The notes under the pieces are model-generated. The model made no database searches and was not told where the DNA came from. It saw nothing but the letters and a program-made list of their open reading frames with translations. A DNA stretch of 64,000 bases from Patescibacteria group bacterium. GTDB lineage: Bacteria; Patescibacteriota; Patescibacteriia; Patescibacteriales; UBA12465. Positions 8,354 through 18,022 of this stretch are shown here, piece after piece (the stretch's first letter is position 1; each line of letters starts with the position of its first letter). A program made the position numbers and the translations under genes. Where the stretch lies: the NCBI GenBank assembly GCA_041650715.1, contig JBAZKQ010000001.1, positions 723,913 through 787,912 of the forward strand, given 5' to 3'.

Positions 8354-10180
8354 TTATCTTTTTAGTATTTTAACAAAAGTATCAGGGGGGATATCAACGC
8401 TTCCCTTGCCCGCCGCCATCATTTTTTTCTTGCCTTTTTTCTGTTTCTCGAGTAATTTGCGTTTCCGCGTTACGTCGCCGCCGTAAAGTTTAGCGGTTAC
8501 ATCTTTGCGCATCGCCGATAATTTATCGGCGGCGATAATTTTACCGTGGAGAGCCGCTTGAATTTTCACGGCAAACATTTGACGGGGTAAGTTATTTTTT
8601 AAAATATCGACGACTTCCCGCCCCTCCCGCATCGCGTCTTCGCGGTAAACGATAGTCGCCAAGGCTTCAATCGGTTCTTCGGCGACTAAAATATCCATGC
8701 GCACGACATCGGCCGGACGATACTCGAGATATTCATAGTTAATTGAGGCGTAACCCGAGGAGACACTCTTTATCTTATCATAAAAATCGGTTAAAATCGC
8801 GGCCATCGGTATTTCGTAATGCAGAATCACTCGCGCTTCATCGCTTTCCGCCGATATATATTCCGTATTTTTATAAATACCTTTCTTTTCTTGGGATAAT
8901 TTAATGATATTACCCATATAATTTTTGGGGGTAATAACATCCAAGCTCACCCAGGGTTCTTCTATGATATCAATATGTGTCGGATCGGGCAATCGCTGCG
9001 GTGTCCGAATTATCATTTCTTCGCCGCTGCTTTTAAGAACTTTATAAGCGACGCTCGGCACGGTCACGATTAAATCTAAATTATATTCTCGGCGCAGCCT
9101 TTCTTGAAAAACCTCGAGATGCAAGAGCCCTAAAAAACCACAACGAAAGCCGAAGCCGAGCGCGTCCGATCTTTCCGGCTCATATGATAAGGCGGCGTCA
9201 TTTAATTTTAATTTTTCCATGGCTTCGCGCAGTTCCTTAAAATCATTACCTTCGCGCGGGAAAATACCAGCGAAAACCATCGGCTTAACTTCTTTATAAC
9301 CAGAAAGAGCTTCAATTTTATTAAAATTAACTACTCCGGCCTTAGCCGTCATCGTATCGCCGACTCGGCAATCGCCGACGGTTTTAAAACCGGTAATAAC
9401 ATAGCCGATTTCGCCCGGTTCAAGCACGCCGGTCGATAAATAATCGGGCTTAAAAATCCCGCAGTCGAGTACTTCACTCTCCACCCGCATGGATAGCAGG
9501 CGAATTTTGTCGCCTTTCCTAATCGCCCCGTTAAAAACGCGAACATAAGCGACAACGCCCCGATAAATATCATATTTAGAATCAAAAATCAAAGCACGCG
9601 GATAATTATCCTGATCGCCGAGCGCATCTTCCTCCGGGGGTAAGCCTTTAGCAATCACTTCGTCTAAAACTGCCGCCACGCCTTCGCCCGTTTTTCCGGA
9701 ACAGCAAAATATTTCCTCTTCTTTGCAGCCCAAAAGCTTAATGATTTCCCGTTTTGTTTTTGGAACATCGGCCGCCGGCAAATCAATTTTATTAACCACC
9801 GGAATTATCGTTAAATTTTGTTCCATGGCCAAATATAAATTCGCCAGGGTTTGCGCTTGGATGCCTTGAGTACAATCGACCAAAAGAACGGCCGTCTCGA
9901 CGGCCGCGAGCGATCGGGAAACTTCGTAAGAAAAATCAACATGGCCGGGAGTATCAATCAAATCCAATTTATAACCCTTATAATCCATGGTCACCGGCTG
10001 CAATTTAATCGTTATTCCCCGCTCCCGCTCGATATCCATGCCATCCAGAATCTGATCTTTCATTTTTCGCTTATCGACTGTGCCGGTAATTTCAAGCATA
10101 CGATCGGCCAAGGTAGATTTGCCATGATCAATATGAGCGATTATGCAGAAATTTCTGATTTTTTTTATTTCTTCTATCAT
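8354..10180 (-). CDS. lepA: translation elongation factor 4 (LepA)
   Basis: 608 aa. IRNFCIIAHIDHGKSTLADRMLE G-domain and LepA-specific C-terminus. Confidence 0.95.
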   Translation of the reverse strand: MIEEIKKIRNFCIIAHIDHGKSTLADRMLEITGTVDKRKMKDQILDGMDIERERGITIKLQPVTMDYKGYKLDLIDTPGHVDFSYEVSRSLAAVETAVLLVDCTQGIQAQTLANLYLAMEQNLTIIPVVNKIDLPAADVPKTKREIIKLLGCKEEEIFCCSGKTGEGVAAVLDEVIAKGLPPEEDALGDQDNYPRALIFDSKYDIYRGVVAYVRVFNGAIRKGDKIRLLSMRVESEVLDCGIFKPDYLSTGVLEPGEIGYVITGFKTVGDCRVGDTMTAKAGVVNFNKIEALSGYKEVKPMVFAGIFPREGNDFKELREAMEKLKLNDAALSYEPERSDALGFGFRCGFLGLLHLEVFQERLRREYNLDLIVTVPSVAYKVLKSSGEEMIIRTPQRLPDPTHIDIIEEPWVSLDVITPKNYMGNIIKLSQEKKGIYKNTEYISAESDEARVILHYEIPMAAILTDFYDKIKSVSSGYASINYEYLEYRPADVVRMDILVAEEPIEALATIVYREDAMREGREVVDILKNNLPRQMFAVKIQAALHGKIIAADKLSAMRKDVTAKLYGGDVTRKRKLLEKQKKGKKKMMAAGKGSVDIPPDTFVKILKR

Positions 10181-10199
10181 TTATCAAATAATTTATAAA

Positions 10200-11846
10200 T
10201 TAAACTCCGCGGGCCTCACCCTGATCGCCAACTTTAAGCTTCCGGAAGGAAAAGCGCTTGCGCAGAGAACCGACCAGGCTAAAATATTCTTCACTTCTAA
10301 GCAAATAGCAGAAAAAGGCATAAATCAGCAGGCCGGCCGTAAAGGAGCTGAACAACTGTACAAAGACTCCGGTGAATTTTGTCATATCGATAAACGGCCA
10401 AACCACTATCTTCATTAATTGCGCCGCGGCCCCGGCGGCAATTGCGCTCGCCGTAAATTTTAGTACCGAACGTAAAATATTTTTAATATCCAAACTGCCG
10501 ACATGTAAAGACAACCAGACCCAGAGCAATAAGAAATTCAATATATTGGCAATTGAAAAAGCGAGCGCTAAACCGGCGACGCCCATGCGCGGGCCAAGAA
10601 TAAAGGAAAGGCCGATATTAAGAGCAACAGTAACAAGGCCAAGATAAAACGGCGTGGAAGAATTATGACGCGCGTAAAAAACTCGGATTAGAAGCGGGGT
10701 CGTCGCTTGGGCGAATAGACTCAAGGCAAAATAGCCGAGCGTATTCATCGTAAGAATCGTATCTTCCCAGTCGAACGCACCCGAACCCAAAACGACGCGG
10801 ATAATTTGCGCGCGCAGAGTAATTATTAAAACCGTGGCCGGCACGATAAAAAATAAAATCTGCCGAATTGTCTGCGAGAAATTTTCCGTTAATTCTTTTT
10901 TATTAAAAGCGGCCGCCGAGAGAGCCGGAAAAGCGGCGATGGCGAAAGAAATGCCGAAAATGCCGATGGGAAATGACTGTAAATTATTGGCCAAATTAAA
11001 AATCGACAAAGAACCGCTCGATAAACCCGAGGCAATAATCGTAATGACGACTAAATTAATCTGAGAAATCGCCAGACTTAAAGTGCGCGGCACCATCATG
11101 CGCCCAATCTTAATTGTATTAAGGTCCCGCCAAAAAATTATAAATTTATAGCGGAAGCCTAAATGATAAACTGAAGGGATTTGAATCGCCATATGCATAA
11201 ACGCACCCAAAACTACGCCCCAGGCCAAACCATCAAGCCCCCACCACTTCATAAAGTACAAAGCGCCGATAATGATGCCAATATTATAAAAGATTGGAGC
11301 CAGCGAATAAATCAAAAATCTTTTGAATGATTGCAAGACGCCGCCAAGCACACCGGACAAGCCAAGGAATAAGGGCGACAAAAACATAATGCGGGTTAGG
11401 GCCGCCGTTTTTAACTGCTCTTCCGGACCAAAACCAGGCGTTATTAAACGTGTTAAGAGAGGCGCAAAAATGATGCCGATAATAGATAAAGCCAATAAGC
11501 CAATAAACAAATAATTCAAAACATTATTCGCCAAGCCCCAAGCTTCTTTATTGCCATCGCTCGCAGCGCCGTCTTTTTTGGTTTCAACGGTAAAATCTTT
11601 AATCAGCCCGGTAAAAATCGGGACAAAACCGGCCGATAAAGCACCCAAAACAATAAGATTGAAAATTAAATCCGGTATACGAAAAGCGGCGTAGTATATG
11701 TCCAAAGTCGTGCTGGCACCAAATTGGCCGGCCAAAATACGGTCGCGGATAACGCCCAAAAGACGAGAGGCCAGCGAAGACAGGGCGACAAGGGCTGCGG
11801 CCACGGTAATACTATTGATTTGCTGATGGAAAAGCTTCCTAAACAT
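10200..11846 (-). CDS. murJ: lipid II flippase MurJ (MviN family)
   Basis: 548 aa polytopic membrane protein. The N-terminus (SRLLGVIRDRILAGQFGASTTLDIYYAAFRIPD) is typical of MurJ. Confidence 0.85.
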   Translation of the reverse strand: MFRKLFHQQINSITVAAALVALSSLASRLLGVIRDRILAGQFGASTTLDIYYAAFRIPDLIFNLIVLGALSAGFVPIFTGLIKDFTVETKKDGAASDGNKEAWGLANNVLNYLFIGLLALSIIGIIFAPLLTRLITPGFGPEEQLKTAALTRIMFLSPLFLGLSGVLGGVLQSFKRFLIYSLAPIFYNIGIIIGALYFMKWWGLDGLAWGVVLGAFMHMAIQIPSVYHLGFRYKFIIFWRDLNTIKIGRMMVPRTLSLAISQINLVVITIIASGLSSGSLSIFNLANNLQSFPIGIFGISFAIAAFPALSAAAFNKKELTENFSQTIRQILFFIVPATVLIITLRAQIIRVVLGSGAFDWEDTILTMNTLGYFALSLFAQATTPLLIRVFYARHNSSTPFYLGLVTVALNIGLSFILGPRMGVAGLALAFSIANILNFLLLWVWLSLHVGSLDIKNILRSVLKFTASAIAAGAAAQLMKIVVWPFIDMTKFTGVFVQLFSSFTAGLLIYAFFCYLLRSEEYFSLVGSLRKRFSFRKLKVGDQGEARGV

Positions 11847-11851
11847 ACTAT

Positions 11852-13405
11852 TTATCTTAACGGGTTTGGTAAATTAAGCAAGTGCTGGTAGGCCTGATAA
11901 TTACGTGGATTAATACGCAGCGCTTCCTGCCATAAATTCTCCGCTTCTGTCAATCTTTTTTCCGTGAAATACAAATTTCCCAGATTTACCAGGGCCGTAT
12001 CATAATTCGGATATAAGCTTAGCTCTTTCTTGTACTCTCTCTCGGCCGCGCCGTAACTCCCCTGGTCAGCATAAATTAAACCCAAATTGTTGTGGACCAT
12101 CGGTTCGTTTTCATTAATAAGGAGGGCCTGGCGATAGCTCTTCTCGGCGCCTTCAAGATTATTATCTAAATAATACATCGCTCCGAGATTGCGGTTAGCG
12201 AGCGCCGAATGAGGCGAGCTTACGGCCGCCGATTGCCAAAAAGTAATTCTATCTTTAAAGACGCCAATATGGCGCCAACTTAAAATAAAGAAAAATAGAA
12301 TTAAGAGCAGGCTACCGAATTTTATTATCTTTTTATTAAAATCTAAATTTTTAATCCACTCAACTTCAAGCAACACGATAAAAAGACCGATCATGGGCAA
12401 ATAGAGACGGTGTTCGAGAAAATCGGGCGTGTCTATCGGGTTGAGCCGGACAAGCGAGGGTAGAAGAAATAATACAAACCAAACGAAACCAAGGCCGAGG
12501 TAGGACCATCTTTTATTTTTGGAAAATAATAGGGCGGCGATTAAGAGCGGCAAAACTATTAAGCCGTAAATAATTTTTGCATCCGCCAAAATCGGCAGAA
12601 CGCTGAGATTAAACGGCAAAAACACCTTGCCCAAGCTTACTAAAAAAGCGGGTGCATTCCGGATAATTGAGCTAATAACGATGTTTCCAGTTACCGGGTC
12701 CGACCCCAGGGCAAAGTAACGGAATAAATACCAGACAAAACCGGTGGCGAGCGAACCAAAAATTAATAGCCATCTATCACGCGCCAAAATTTTATCCCTG
12801 GCTATAAACGAAAAATAATAAATCACGACCAGCGGCAGGAGCGCGGCTGTTTCTTTGGTAAAAAGGGCCAGGAGAAAAGTTAATAAATAACCAAGATAAT
12901 ATTTAAGGCGCGGCTTGTCTTTAAAGGCAAGAAAAAAATTAAAGGCGGCCAAAACAAAAACGGCAAGCAGCGAATCGTTTCGCCCGGGTATCCAGGCAAC
13001 AGCCTGAGTTAAAACCGGATGAACGACAAATAAAGCCGCGAAGAAAAAGGCGAGCTCGCGCCGATATTTTAATTTGCTAAGTAATAAATAGAGCAAGGCG
13101 GCGCCCAAAATATGGATGAGAATATTATCGAGGTGATAAATAAAGGGCAAAACGCCGCCCACTTTCATATCGGCCATGAAAGATAAATTGAGGAGCGGCC
13201 GATAATAGTATTTACTGCTGGAGAAAAAGGCATCGCTCGTAAAAACCGTGCCGATATTCTGGAAACTGCTCAGTATCGGTGCATTATTTAAAATTAAACT
13301 TTGATCATCAAAATAAGAAAAATCAAAAAACAAGCTCTGACCGTAAAGCGCAAAGCCCAAAACAAATAAAATAAAATAAGGACGCCACCCTTTAAGCATA
13401 ATCAA
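11852..13405 (-). CDS. GT-C-type membrane glycosyltransferase-like protein with C-terminal TPR repeats (PMT/TMTC-like)
   Basis: 517 aa with ~10 TM segments (YHLDNILIHILGAALLYLLL motif), then TPR repeats (NRNLGAMYYLDNNLEGAEKSYRQAL...). 4-nt overlap with the upstream GT2 gene. Confidence 0.6.
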   Translation of the reverse strand: MIMLKGWRPYFILFVLGFALYGQSLFFDFSYFDDQSLILNNAPILSSFQNIGTVFTSDAFFSSSKYYYRPLLNLSFMADMKVGGVLPFIYHLDNILIHILGAALLYLLLSKLKYRRELAFFFAALFVVHPVLTQAVAWIPGRNDSLLAVFVLAAFNFFLAFKDKPRLKYYLGYLLTFLLALFTKETAALLPLVVIYYFSFIARDKILARDRWLLIFGSLATGFVWYLFRYFALGSDPVTGNIVISSIIRNAPAFLVSLGKVFLPFNLSVLPILADAKIIYGLIVLPLLIAALLFSKNKRWSYLGLGFVWFVLFLLPSLVRLNPIDTPDFLEHRLYLPMIGLFIVLLEVEWIKNLDFNKKIIKFGSLLLILFFFILSWRHIGVFKDRITFWQSAAVSSPHSALANRNLGAMYYLDNNLEGAEKSYRQALLINENEPMVHNNLGLIYADQGSYGAAEREYKKELSLYPNYDTALVNLGNLYFTEKRLTEAENLWQEALRINPRNYQAYQHLLNLPNPLR

Positions 13406-14106
13406 GAAAATAAATATTTAAGTCCTTCCCATACCGTTCCAAAGCCATATTTTAAGCTCCGGGTAAAATTTATAGACGAGGCTTCTTTAAAATAGCGGAC
13501 CGGGACAGGGACTTCGCCAATTCGGTATTTCTCGCGCACAATCTGAAATAAGACTTGGCTATCAAACACAAAATCATCGGAATTTCCCTGCCACTTTATT
13601 TTTTCCAGCACCGACCGCTTATAAGCGCGCATGCCAGTGTGCCATTCCGAGAGATTATAGCCGGTCACTAAATTTTCAAAAATAGTCAGAGCGCGATTAG
13701 CCAAGTATTTATAACGGGGCATACCGCCGGCGAGAGTCTCGCGCCGGCTGCGGATACGCGTCCCCAGCATGACATCATAATAATCATCGACAATAAACTG
13801 AACAAAAAAATTAATTAATTTCGGATCATATTGATAATCCGGATGCACCATAACAACGATATCCGCGCCGTGTTCAAGCGCCAAGCGGTAACACGTTTTT
13901 TGGTTCGCTCCATAGCCGCCGTTTGTTTCGCGCCGAAAAACAAAAAGCCCTAAGCGTTCGGCTTCAGCCACTGTCGTATCGGCGCTGCGGTCGTCAACTA
14001 AAATAATTTCATCGACGAGCGCCGGTATATCGCGCACTGTGAGCGCTAAAGTCTCGGCCGCGTTATAGGCCGGAAGGACAACAATAATTTTCTGGCCTTT
14101 ATACAT
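13402..14106 (-). CDS. family 2 glycosyltransferase (polyprenol-phosphate sugar synthase-like)
   Basis: 234 aa. VVLPAYNAAETL...ILVDDRSADTT is the GT2 DxD region. Confidence 0.8.
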   Translation of the reverse strand: MYKGQKIIVVLPAYNAAETLALTVRDIPALVDEIILVDDRSADTTVAEAERLGLFVFRRETNGGYGANQKTCYRLALEHGADIVVMVHPDYQYDPKLINFFVQFIVDDYYDVMLGTRIRSRRETLAGGMPRYKYLANRALTIFENLVTGYNLSEWHTGMRAYKRSVLEKIKWQGNSDDFVFDSQVLFQIVREKYRIGEVPVPVRYFKEASSINFTRSLKYGFGTVWEGLKYLFS

Positions 14107-14107
14107 A

Positions 14108-16093
14108 TTAAATAATTATTCTGACGTCAGCGGCTAAACATTCTCCCGGCATTACAAATAAGGGGTTAATATCAAACTCCTTAATTTCCGGGTGTTCATT
14201 GGCGAGCCGCGCTAAATTTACCAGTGCCTTCACTAAGCCTTTTAGGTCATACTTCTTCTGACCGCGCGCCCCGTTTAAAATTGGAAATATTTTCAATTCC
14301 ATAATAGCCGCCAGCGCAGATTTAGAATCGAGATCACCGGTCGCGAGTTTAATTTCCTTAAATATTTCCGTATAAATTCCGCCGAGCCCGACCATCATAA
14401 TCGGACCAAAAGAGGCGTCGCGCTTAAAACCAAGGATGATTTCCTGAAAGTGATCCGCCTGCGTCTGAACGATAAAATAATTTTCCGGCTTCTCAAGCAC
14501 GCGTTTATTTTGCTGTTTCAATTCTTTCACTGCTGCCTTTAAGGCGCTTTCATTTTTTAAATTAGCGACCACCGCTTTTTTATCAGACTTATGCAAAAAA
14601 TCCGGACCAATTATTTTTAATACAACTGGGTATTTATAATTTGCCGCTCGCGCCTCTTCATATTTTACGGTTTTAACGGTCGGAATTTTATAATCGCGCA
14701 GTAATTTTAAAGATTGCAAATAATCCGTATTTGTTATGACCTTTCTAACTTTTACGCGAGGCGCTTTATAGGGCTTAATGGTCGCAATCGTATTCTTATA
14801 AGCGATTAATTTTTTAAAACTGCGTACGGCTTCCTCCGGGTAATTAAAACTTGGGATATTACTTTTTTCCAGCATATCCTGGGCTTTCGCCACGGCTTCC
14901 CCGCCCAAAAAACAGGCCATAATCAATTTATGCGGATATTTTTTAGCAGCCGCAATTATCGCGGCAGCCGTTTTTTCCGGTTCGGTGGAAGTTTGCGGGG
15001 TTAAGAGCACCAATAAATTATTGATTTTTTTATCGGCCAGCATTTCTTTCAAGCCCGCCGTGTAGCGCGCGGCATCGGCATCGCCGAGTAAATCCCAGCT
15101 CCTGCCGAAGGGTAATTTCTGCCGGCTAATTTCGTCGACCGTTAAAACGGCTACTCCGCCGGCATTAGTTAAAACATAAAGCTTCTGTTCTCCCGGATTA
15201 TGCCAGGCTTCTTTCCGGAATAATAATAAAAGATTGAATAATTCTTCCAGGTTCTCCAACCAAATTGCACCGGCGCGGCGTAGCCCGGTTTCAACGGCGG
15301 CGCTTGACCCGGCGAGCGATCCGGTATGGGATAGGGCTAATTGTCCACCAGCGGCGCTTTGGCCCGCTTTAAGAATCGCAACGGGCTTATGTTTAACCAG
15401 GCGAGAAACAAGGGCCATTAATTTTTCGCCATCTTTAATTTCTTCAAGATAGGCAACTACCAAATCGATTCTCTTCTCGGTCGCCAGATATTCAATAATT
15501 TGATTTTCTTCTAAAACCGCTTTGTTTCCCAAACTGATAAAATAACCAAAATTAAAATCTTTCACTTTTAACCAATCAAGGGCGGCCGAACCGATGGCGC
15601 CGGATTGCGATAAAAGAGCCGTATTACCGGTTGCTTTATCGGCGGCAGCGAAAGTTGCATTCAATTTATGCCAAGTATTAATCAGGCCCAGGCAATTCGG
15701 CCCCAGGATATGAAGATGATGGCGGGCAGCTAAAGCCACGATATCTGCCTCCTGTTTTTTACCTTCTTCCCCCGCTTCCTTAAACCCGGCGGTAATAATA
15801 ATAATATTTTTAATGCCGAGGTGCGCGCATTTCTTTATTTCTGCCAGTACAAATTGAGCCGGGATGGCGATAATTACCAAGAGCGCCTCATATTCGCGGC
15901 GAGGTAAATTCTCTAAATTCTCATAGGCGATTAGGCCGGCGATTTTCTTTTCCTTCAAATTTAGCGGATAAATTCTCCCCTGATAGCCGCCGCGGATAAT
16001 ATTATCTAAAACTTGGCGTCCAATTTTCGCCTTATCGCTTGAAGCGCCGATAACGGCTACTGACTTGGGGTTAAAAAAATACTTTAAAGACAT
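14108..16093 (-). CDS. ADP-forming acetyl-CoA synthetase (fused alpha/beta; CoA-binding plus ATP-grasp)
   Basis: 661 aa. FNPKSVAVIGASSDKAKIGRQV CoA-binding N-terminus, succinyl-CoA-synthetase-like middle, ATP-grasp C-terminal third. Confidence 0.8.
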   Translation of the reverse strand: MSLKYFFNPKSVAVIGASSDKAKIGRQVLDNIIRGGYQGRIYPLNLKEKKIAGLIAYENLENLPRREYEALLVIIAIPAQFVLAEIKKCAHLGIKNIIIITAGFKEAGEEGKKQEADIVALAARHHLHILGPNCLGLINTWHKLNATFAAADKATGNTALLSQSGAIGSAALDWLKVKDFNFGYFISLGNKAVLEENQIIEYLATEKRIDLVVAYLEEIKDGEKLMALVSRLVKHKPVAILKAGQSAAGGQLALSHTGSLAGSSAAVETGLRRAGAIWLENLEELFNLLLLFRKEAWHNPGEQKLYVLTNAGGVAVLTVDEISRQKLPFGRSWDLLGDADAARYTAGLKEMLADKKINNLLVLLTPQTSTEPEKTAAAIIAAAKKYPHKLIMACFLGGEAVAKAQDMLEKSNIPSFNYPEEAVRSFKKLIAYKNTIATIKPYKAPRVKVRKVITNTDYLQSLKLLRDYKIPTVKTVKYEEARAANYKYPVVLKIIGPDFLHKSDKKAVVANLKNESALKAAVKELKQQNKRVLEKPENYFIVQTQADHFQEIILGFKRDASFGPIMMVGLGGIYTEIFKEIKLATGDLDSKSALAAIMELKIFPILNGARGQKKYDLKGLVKALVNLARLANEHPEIKEFDINPLFVMPGECLAADVRIII

Positions 16094-16238
16094 ATATAAT
16101 TAATTTGCGTTTCAGCTAAGCTTTTTCTACGCTTAGATGATTTCTGGGGAAAAATTAATCTTTTTTCTTAATTTTTTATTACACGTGATTAATTTTTCTT
16201 AACGAAATCATATGCGCTCCGAACAACTTAGCTGAAAC

Positions 16239-16433
16239 TTATTGATAAATTTTAATATTTTTTTTTAATAAATTAATTAATCCGCTCATAAGACACAAAA
16301 CAATCAGGTAATTTATATTAAAATAGGCAAGAATAATGTTCGGCCAAACAAGTTCCAAGCCGATAAAAGCCAAGAGGAGGAAAAAGAGAAAATAAAAAAT
16401 TTCCCGACTGATTATTGCCAAATTTTTTGCCAT
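16239..16433 (-). CDS. small membrane protein (2 predicted TM helices)
   Basis: 64 aa and hydrophobic. Overlaps the end of ORF 16412..17932 by 22 nt on the same strand. Confidence 0.4.
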   Translation of the reverse strand: MAKNLAIISREIFYFLFFLLLAFIGLELVWPNIILAYFNINYLIVLCLMSGLINLLKKNIKIYQ

Positions 16434-17932
16434 AGGGTCCGGCCTTTTAATTCTATTTTAATTTGATAAATTTCTAAATTATCTTCAACTCCATCTTCCG
16501 TCTTTAGGCCCGGTACCGAAATCATAAAACTATATTTACCGTTTTCCCGATAAGTTCCCTTTAAATCGAATTCGGCCGTGGCGGTTTTAAAGCCCTCTTC
16601 TTCGCTCGGTTTATGATAATTCGCCACGATATATTTAACCGGATCGGAGACCGAAAAATACCGATCGACTTTAGGCAAAGCGGGATTAAAAAGGCTGTTG
16701 GCTGACCAGGCAAAAACGCCATTATTTTCCAAAATTAGGTTGTCTTTGCTTAATTTTATCGCCTTCTTTATTTCTCCGCCCTCAGCTTTAAAGTCATATT
16801 GCTGATAGGCCGTGCTGAGAGTAAAATTTTTCCCCCCGAAATTAATCGTCTGTAAGCTCGCCGGCGTAGGCGCCTTAACCTGTAAATAGGCTGAATCGGT
16901 ATAAAGAGTCAAAGCTCCCGGATTCGATACCGGCCAAATTTTGTTGATGAAAGACAGGCGATCAACCGAACTGACAATTTTCTTTATAACCATATCATCG
17001 GTTATTTTCACCTCAACTTTATAAACACCAGCCGGCAAGTTCCCCGGATCAAGAGTCAGCTCTTTTTCTTCGGTCTGCCCGCTACCCGGCTGCGGATTAG
17101 GGTCACTCAAATCCCGTGTCTCGATAATTTTATCACCGCGAGAAATAATTAAGCTAATTGGGGCCGGTTTCAGGTCTTGATTTAAATCGACAAAAGTAAA
17201 GGCCAGGCGCAGAGGTTCATTTTTAACGTAAACATAAAATTGATGCGCGCCGCGCAAAGGGATATTAAGCGTAAGCGGAACGGCCGCTTGATAGTTTTGG
17301 ATCTGATAATCATACTCCGGAGCGTAATTATAAACGGCCAGACAATTTTTTGAAACTTGGTCGCAGCCCTTAATATCGCCCTTGCTTAAATCCGCTTCGA
17401 GAACACTTAAACTCGTATAATTTTCTTCCTTTTGCAAAAATAATTTACCGTTCTCCTCACTCAGGTGCCAGCGCAGCATTAAATAGTCGAGAGCCTTATT
17501 ATCAAGCGGCTGCAAATTATAGCGCCAGACAATATTATCGGCTAAAACACCGGCCTCAACAACAGGAGTATCGAGCCCGAGATTATCACGATAAACAACG
17601 GTCAGTTTTGCCCGATCAAAAGTGCGCGACGTAAACACGGAAAAATAAATTGGGTCGCCAATGACGCGCGGCAATTCCCCTTTTTCAACCGCGACTCTTT
17701 CCGCCGGCGTAAACCCATAAATAAAGCCCTTGCCTGAGCGCCAAGGCGAACTATAATCGCGCGTATAAACAATCTGACCGAAGGGCACAATTTTCAAATA
17801 TAAAAAAGAAAAAATAATAATAAACAAAATAAGCCCCAAAAATAGGCGTAATTTAAATAAAAATGGCCATTTTTTCCAAATAGTTTTAAGCATATCTATC
17901 TCTATTTTACGCCATTTTGCACTCGCTGGCAA
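16412..17932 (-). CDS. hypothetical membrane-anchored protein
   Basis: 506 aa. One N-terminal TM helix (LFLGLILFIIIFSFLYL) followed by a large, probably extracytoplasmic, beta-rich domain. No motif recognised. The true start may be the internal MLKTIWKKW. Confidence 0.6.
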   Translation of the reverse strand: MPASAKWRKIEIDMLKTIWKKWPFLFKLRLFLGLILFIIIFSFLYLKIVPFGQIVYTRDYSSPWRSGKGFIYGFTPAERVAVEKGELPRVIGDPIYFSVFTSRTFDRAKLTVVYRDNLGLDTPVVEAGVLADNIVWRYNLQPLDNKALDYLMLRWHLSEENGKLFLQKEENYTSLSVLEADLSKGDIKGCDQVSKNCLAVYNYAPEYDYQIQNYQAAVPLTLNIPLRGAHQFYVYVKNEPLRLAFTFVDLNQDLKPAPISLIISRGDKIIETRDLSDPNPQPGSGQTEEKELTLDPGNLPAGVYKVEVKITDDMVIKKIVSSVDRLSFINKIWPVSNPGALTLYTDSAYLQVKAPTPASLQTINFGGKNFTLSTAYQQYDFKAEGGEIKKAIKLSKDNLILENNGVFAWSANSLFNPALPKVDRYFSVSDPVKYIVANYHKPSEEEGFKTATAEFDLKGTYRENGKYSFMISVPGLKTEDGVEDNLEIYQIKIELKGRTLWQKIWQ

Positions 17933-17956
17933 CCGAATTTAACGAGTTTCCGCCAA

Positions 17957-17991
17957 CAAAAAAAGAAGTTTAAATTTAAACTTCTTTTTTA
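17957..17991 (-). terminator. intrinsic terminator downstream of rpoC (bidirectional-looking)
   Basis: GAAGTTTA/TAAACTTC stem flanked by an A-run and a T-run, 32 nt after the rpoC stop. Confidence 0.7.
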
Positions 17992-18022
17992 TAAAATTCG
18001 AAATAATTTTTTTGCCGCTCAA

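Noticed and set aside
8256-8486. 76-aa plus-strand ORF.
   Set aside because: It overlaps the lepA 3' end antisense and covers the small minus-strand ORF region. The sequence is hydrophobic, low-complexity and AT-driven.
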